DNA of 64,000 bases from Escherichia coli (lineage in GTDB: Bacteria; Pseudomonadota; Gammaproteobacteria; Enterobacterales; Enterobacteriaceae), in the NCBI RefSeq assembly GCF_030013595.1, contig NZ_CP122768.1; one strand, given 5' to 3'. Made by a program: the position numbers and the translations under genes. Positions within the stretch are counted from its first letter, which is position 1; every line of letters begins with the position of its first letter. Positions 60,023 to 64,000 of the stretch are shown here, one piece after another. The notes under the pieces were generated by a model. The model had not been told where the DNA came from and searched no databases. It saw only the letters and a program-made list of their open reading frames with translations.

Positions 60023-62981
60023 CCTTAATCGCGTCATCGGATGGTCTGGTTTACTGCTGACGTCTTTATTGAGTACCAGCGCACTCGCAGACAATATCGG
60101 CACCAGCGCAGAAGAGCTGGGGCTGAGCGATTATCGCCATTTTGTTATTTATCCCCGTCTCGACAAGGCGCTGAAGGCACAGAAAAATAACGACGAAGCA
60201 ACCGCCATCCGCGAATTTGAATATATACACCAGCAGGTGCCGGATAATATTCCGCTAACTTTATACCTTGCGGAAGCCTATCGCCATTTTGGTCATGATG
60301 ACCGGGCGCGGCTGTTACTTGAGGATCAACTGAAACGTCACCCAGGAGATGCCCGACTTGAGCGCAGTCTGGCGGCTATTCCAGTTGAAGTGAAAAGCGT
60401 TACGACTGTTGAAGAACTGCTTGCCCAGCAAAAAGCGTGCGATGCTGCGCCGACCCTGCGTTGTCGCAGTGAAGTTGGGCAGAATGCCCTGCGGCTGGCA
60501 CAATTACCTGTCGCCAGAGCGCAACTGAACGATGCGACGTTTGCTGCATCGCCGGAAGGAAAAACGCTGCGAACCGATCTGCTGCAACGGGCAATCTACC
60601 TGAAGCAATGGTCCCAGGCAGATACGCTATACAATGAAGCACGCCAGCAGAACACATTAAGCGCGGCAGAACGCCGCCAGTGGTTTGATGTGCTTCTTGC
60701 CGGGCAGCTGGACGATCGGATCCTGACGCTGCAATCACAGGGGATCTTCACCGATCCGCAGTCATATATTACTTACGCGACCGCGCTGGCTTATCGTGAC
60801 GAAAAAGCACGCCTCCAGCGTTATCTCATTGAAAATACTCCGCTATTTACCACGGACGCCCAAGAGAAAAGTTGGCTCTATCTGTTATCTAAATACAGCG
60901 CCAACCCCGTTCTGGCGTTGGCGAATTATACGGTACAGTTTGCCGATAACCGCCAGTATGTTGTTGGCGCGACGCTACCGGTGCTGTTAAAAGAAGGTCA
61001 GTACGACGCAGCGCAAAAACTGCTCGCCACCCTCCCCGCCAATGAAATGCTTGAGGAGCGTTATACCGTTAGCGTGGCGACCCGTAACAAGGCTGAAGCT
61101 CTGCGTCTGGCACGATTGCTGTATCAGCAAGAACCGGCAAATCTTACCCGCCTGGATCAACTGACCTGGCAACTGATGCAGAACGAGCAGTCACGTGAAG
61201 CTGCCGATTTATTGCTGCAACGCTATCCTTTCCAGGGCGATGCGCGTGTCAGCCAGACTTTAATGGCGCGACTGGCGTCTCTGCTGGAAAGTCATCCTTA
61301 CCTGGCAACTCCGGCGAAGGTGGCGATTTTATCGAAACCCTTACCGCTGGCGGAGCAACGTCAGTGGCAAAGTCAGTTGCCGGGTATTGCAGATAATTGC
61401 CCGGCAATAGTTCGCTTGCTGGGCGATATGTCGCCTTCCTACGATGCCGCCGCCTGGAACCGTCTGGCAAAGTGTTATCGGGACACGCTACCCGGTGTGG
61501 CGTTGTATGCATGGCTTCAGGCCGAACAACGACAACCGAACGCCTGGCAACATCGTGCGGTAGCCTATCAGGCGTATCAGGTTGAGGACTACGCCACCGC
61601 ACTGGCGGCCTGGCAGAAAATCAGTCTTCACGACATGAGCAATGAGGATCTGCTTGCTGCTGCCAATACCGCCCAGGCGGCAGGAAATGGTGCGGCTCGC
61701 GATCGCTGGCTTCAGCAGGCAGAACAACGTGGGCTGGGAAACAATGCCCTCTACTGGTGGCTGCATGCGCAACGTTACATTCCTGGTCAGCCGGAACTCG
61801 CACTGAACGATCTCACGCGCTCAATCAATATTGCGCCTTCTGCCAACGCTTACGTTGCGCGGGCGACAATTTATCGCCAACGTCATAATGTCCCGGCGGC
61901 GGTGAGTGATTTGCGCGCCGCGCTGGAACTGGAACCGAATAATAGCAACACCCAGGCAGCGCTCGGTTACGCCTTGTGGGATAGCGGTGATATCGCACAG
62001 TCGCGGGAAATGCTCGAACAGGCGCATAAAGGGCTACCGGACGATCCGGCACTTATCCGACAACTGGCCTACGTGAACCAGCGTCTGGATGACATGCCTG
62101 CGACGCAGCACTACGCCCGGCTGGTGATTGATGACATTGATAATCAGGCGCTGATAACCCCACTGACCCCAGAGCAAAATCAGCAACGCTTCAATTTCCG
62201 CCGTCTGCATGAGGAGGTCGGTCGCCGCTGGACGTTCAGTTTCGATTCTTCCATCGGCTTGCGTTCCGGCGCGATGAGTACCGCTAACAATAATGTCGGC
62301 GGCGCAGCGCCAGGGAAAAGCTATCGTAGCTACGGGCAACTGGAAGCCGAGTACCGCATCGGACGCAATATGCTGCTGGAAGGCGACCTGCTCTCAGTTT
62401 ATAGCCGCGTCTTTGCCGATACCGGAGAAAACGGGGTGATGATGCCGGTGAAAAATCCGATGTCCGGCACCGGTCTGCGCTGGAAGCCGCTGCGCGATCA
62501 GATCGTTTTCCTCGCCGTCGAACAGCAGTTGCCGCTGAACGGGCAAAATGGCGCATCCGATACCATGCTGCGCGCCAGCGCCTCATTCTTTAATGGCGGC
62601 AAATACAGCGACGAATGGCACCCGAACGGTTCAGGCTGGTTTGCCCAAAACCTGTACCTCGATGCGGCGCAATATATCCGCCAGGATATTCAGGCGTGGA
62701 CGGCAGATTATCGCGTAAGCTGGCATCAGAAGGTAGCTAACGGACAGACTATTGAGCCTTACGCTCACGTTCAGGACAACGGCTATCGTGATAAAGGCAC
62801 TCAGGGCGCGCAGCTTGGCGGTGTCGGGGTCCGCTGGAATATCTGGACCGGCGAGACGCACTACGACGCCTGGCCGCACAAAGTCAGTCTCGGCGTCGAG
62901 TATCAACATACCTTTAAGGCGATTAATCAACGTAACGGAGAGCGCAACAACGCGTTTCTCACCATTGGAGTGCACTGGTAA
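60009..62981 (+). CDS. nfrA: Phage N4 adsorption protein A (outer membrane, TPR-containing)
   Basis: ORF 59988-62981; start at MKENNLNRVIGWSGLLLTSLLSTSALA gives 990 aa; overlaps the nfrB 3' end. Confidence 0.85.
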   Translation: MKENNLNRVIGWSGLLLTSLLSTSALADNIGTSAEELGLSDYRHFVIYPRLDKALKAQKNNDEATAIREFEYIHQQVPDNIPLTLYLAEAYRHFGHDDRARLLLEDQLKRHPGDARLERSLAAIPVEVKSVTTVEELLAQQKACDAAPTLRCRSEVGQNALRLAQLPVARAQLNDATFAASPEGKTLRTDLLQRAIYLKQWSQADTLYNEARQQNTLSAAERRQWFDVLLAGQLDDRILTLQSQGIFTDPQSYITYATALAYRDEKARLQRYLIENTPLFTTDAQEKSWLYLLSKYSANPVLALANYTVQFADNRQYVVGATLPVLLKEGQYDAAQKLLATLPANEMLEERYTVSVATRNKAEALRLARLLYQQEPANLTRLDQLTWQLMQNEQSREAADLLLQRYPFQGDARVSQTLMARLASLLESHPYLATPAKVAILSKPLPLAEQRQWQSQLPGIADNCPAIVRLLGDMSPSYDAAAWNRLAKCYRDTLPGVALYAWLQAEQRQPNAWQHRAVAYQAYQVEDYATALAAWQKISLHDMSNEDLLAAANTAQAAGNGAARDRWLQQAEQRGLGNNALYWWLHAQRYIPGQPELALNDLTRSINIAPSANAYVARATIYRQRHNVPAAVSDLRAALELEPNNSNTQAALGYALWDSGDIAQSREMLEQAHKGLPDDPALIRQLAYVNQRLDDMPATQHYARLVIDDIDNQALITPLTPEQNQQRFNFRRLHEEVGRRWTFSFDSSIGLRSGAMSTANNNVGGAAPGKSYRSYGQLEAEYRIGRNMLLEGDLLSVYSRVFADTGENGVMMPVKNPMSGTGLRWKPLRDQIVFLAVEQQLPLNGQNGASDTMLRASASFFNGGKYSDEWHPNGSGWFAQNLYLDAAQYIRQDIQAWTADYRVSWHQKVANGQTIEPYAHVQDNGYRDKGTQGAQLGGVGVRWNIWTGETHYDAWPHKVSLGVEYQHTFKAINQRNGERNNAFLTIGVHW

Positions 62982-63872
62982 ATGCGTAAGTTCATTTTCG
63001 TATTGCTGACACTGCTTTTGGTCAGCCCTTTTTCCTTTGCGATGAAAGGTATTATCTGGCAACCACAAAACCGTGATAGTCAGGTTACCGATACCCAGTG
63101 GCAGGGGCTGATGAGTCAGTTACGTTTGCAAGGCTTCGATACCCTGGTTTTGCAATGGACTCGTTACGGCGATGCATTCACCCAGCCAGAACAGCGCGCG
63201 TTATTGTTTAAGCGTGCAGCAGCTGCGCAACAGGCTGGCCTGAAGCTGATTGTCGGGCTGAATGCCGATCCGGAATTTTTTATGCACCAGAAACAGTCAT
63301 CCGCGGCGCTGGAAAGCTATCTTAATCGCCTGCTGGCTGCCGATCTCCAGCAAGACAGATTATGGAGCGCCGCGCCTGGCGTAACGCCGGATGGCTGGTA
63401 CATCAGCGCGGAAATTGACGACCTGAACTGGCGCAGCGAAGCCGCCCGTCAACCGTTGCTGACATGGTTAAACAACGCGCAGCGGTTGATTAGCGATGTT
63501 TCAGCAAAACCGGTTTATATCAGTAGTTTTTTCGCCGGAAACATGTCGCCCGATGGCTATCGCCAACTGCTGGAACAAGTTAAAACAACCGGCGTTAATG
63601 TCTGGGTGCAGGATGGCAGCGGCGTGAATAAACTTACCGCTGAACAGCGTGAACGTTATCTACAGGCCAGCGCCGATTGCCAGAGTTCCGCCCCAGCAAG
63701 CGGCATTGTTTATGAACTGTTTGTCGCCGGCAAAGGCAAAACCTTTACAGCGAAACCGAAACCGGATGCAGAGATCGCCTCGCTGTTAGCGAAACGTTCC
63801 TCTTGCGGTAAAGACACGCTCTATTTCTCTCTGCGCTATTTGCCCATCGCACACGGCATTCTCGAGTATTAA
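62982..63872 (+). CDS. ybcH: Conserved protein of unknown function downstream of nfrA
   Basis: 296-aa ORF with N-terminal signal-like sequence MRKFIFVLLTLLLVSPFSFA, starting immediately at the nfrA stop. Confidence 0.75.
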   Translation: MRKFIFVLLTLLLVSPFSFAMKGIIWQPQNRDSQVTDTQWQGLMSQLRLQGFDTLVLQWTRYGDAFTQPEQRALLFKRAAAAQQAGLKLIVGLNADPEFFMHQKQSSAALESYLNRLLAADLQQDRLWSAAPGVTPDGWYISAEIDDLNWRSEAARQPLLTWLNNAQRLISDVSAKPVYISSFFAGNMSPDGYRQLLEQVKTTGVNVWVQDGSGVNKLTAEQRERYLQASADCQSSAPASGIVYELFVAGKGKTFTAKPKPDAEIASLLAKRSSCGKDTLYFSLRYLPIAHGILEY

Positions 63873-64000
63873 ATCCCCTCCAGGTAAGTCGGGTACGACC
63901 TGACTTACCACTTTCGCTCTCGTCAGAATTCCATCAAGATTAATTGCTAAAAAGCATGCTAAAGAAAGAAGATCGTTATCGGCGAACGGGCCGATCACTC

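Noticed and set aside
63786-63998. 70-aa minus-strand ORF at the window end overlapping the ybcH 3' end
   Set aside because: Overlaps a supported plus-strand gene, is truncated by the window edge, and has no recognisable features.

Overview
Working only from the six-frame translations and my memory of E. coli proteins (no searches run), this window is a well-known Escherichia coli chromosomal segment, in the reverse of the usual K-12 map orientation. I do not see strong evidence for a wholly new system. In order it holds: the 5' part of citA/dpiB; the citrate lyase operon citCDEFXG-citT; rna; rnk; uspG; ahpCF; dsbG; ybdO-ybdN-ybdM; ybdL; ybdH/hcxA; ybdD-cstA; the complete enterobactin cluster (entCEBAH, fepB, entS, fepDGC, fepE, entF, ybdZ, fes, fepA, entD) with Fur-box-like sites; a complete 1338-bp IS186 with 10-bp target duplications; hokE; ybdK, ybdJ, ybdF, nfsB, ybdG; pheP; cusCFBA and cusRS; nfrB, nfrA and ybcH. 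The observations most worth a second look are: (1) an in-frame TGA stop inside nfrB, the phage N4 receptor gene; (2) an apparent 1-nt frameshift in ybdM; (3) the poorly characterised ybdN-ybdM pair (PP-loop ATP-pyrophosphatase-like plus ParB-like), which resembles the cores of DNA-modification systems; (4) no ybdR-sized gene between rnk and uspG, where a 29-codon hydrophobic ORF sits instead. No CRISPR array, tRNA or rRNA was recognised. Gene starts are inferred from remembered protein lengths and are approximate.
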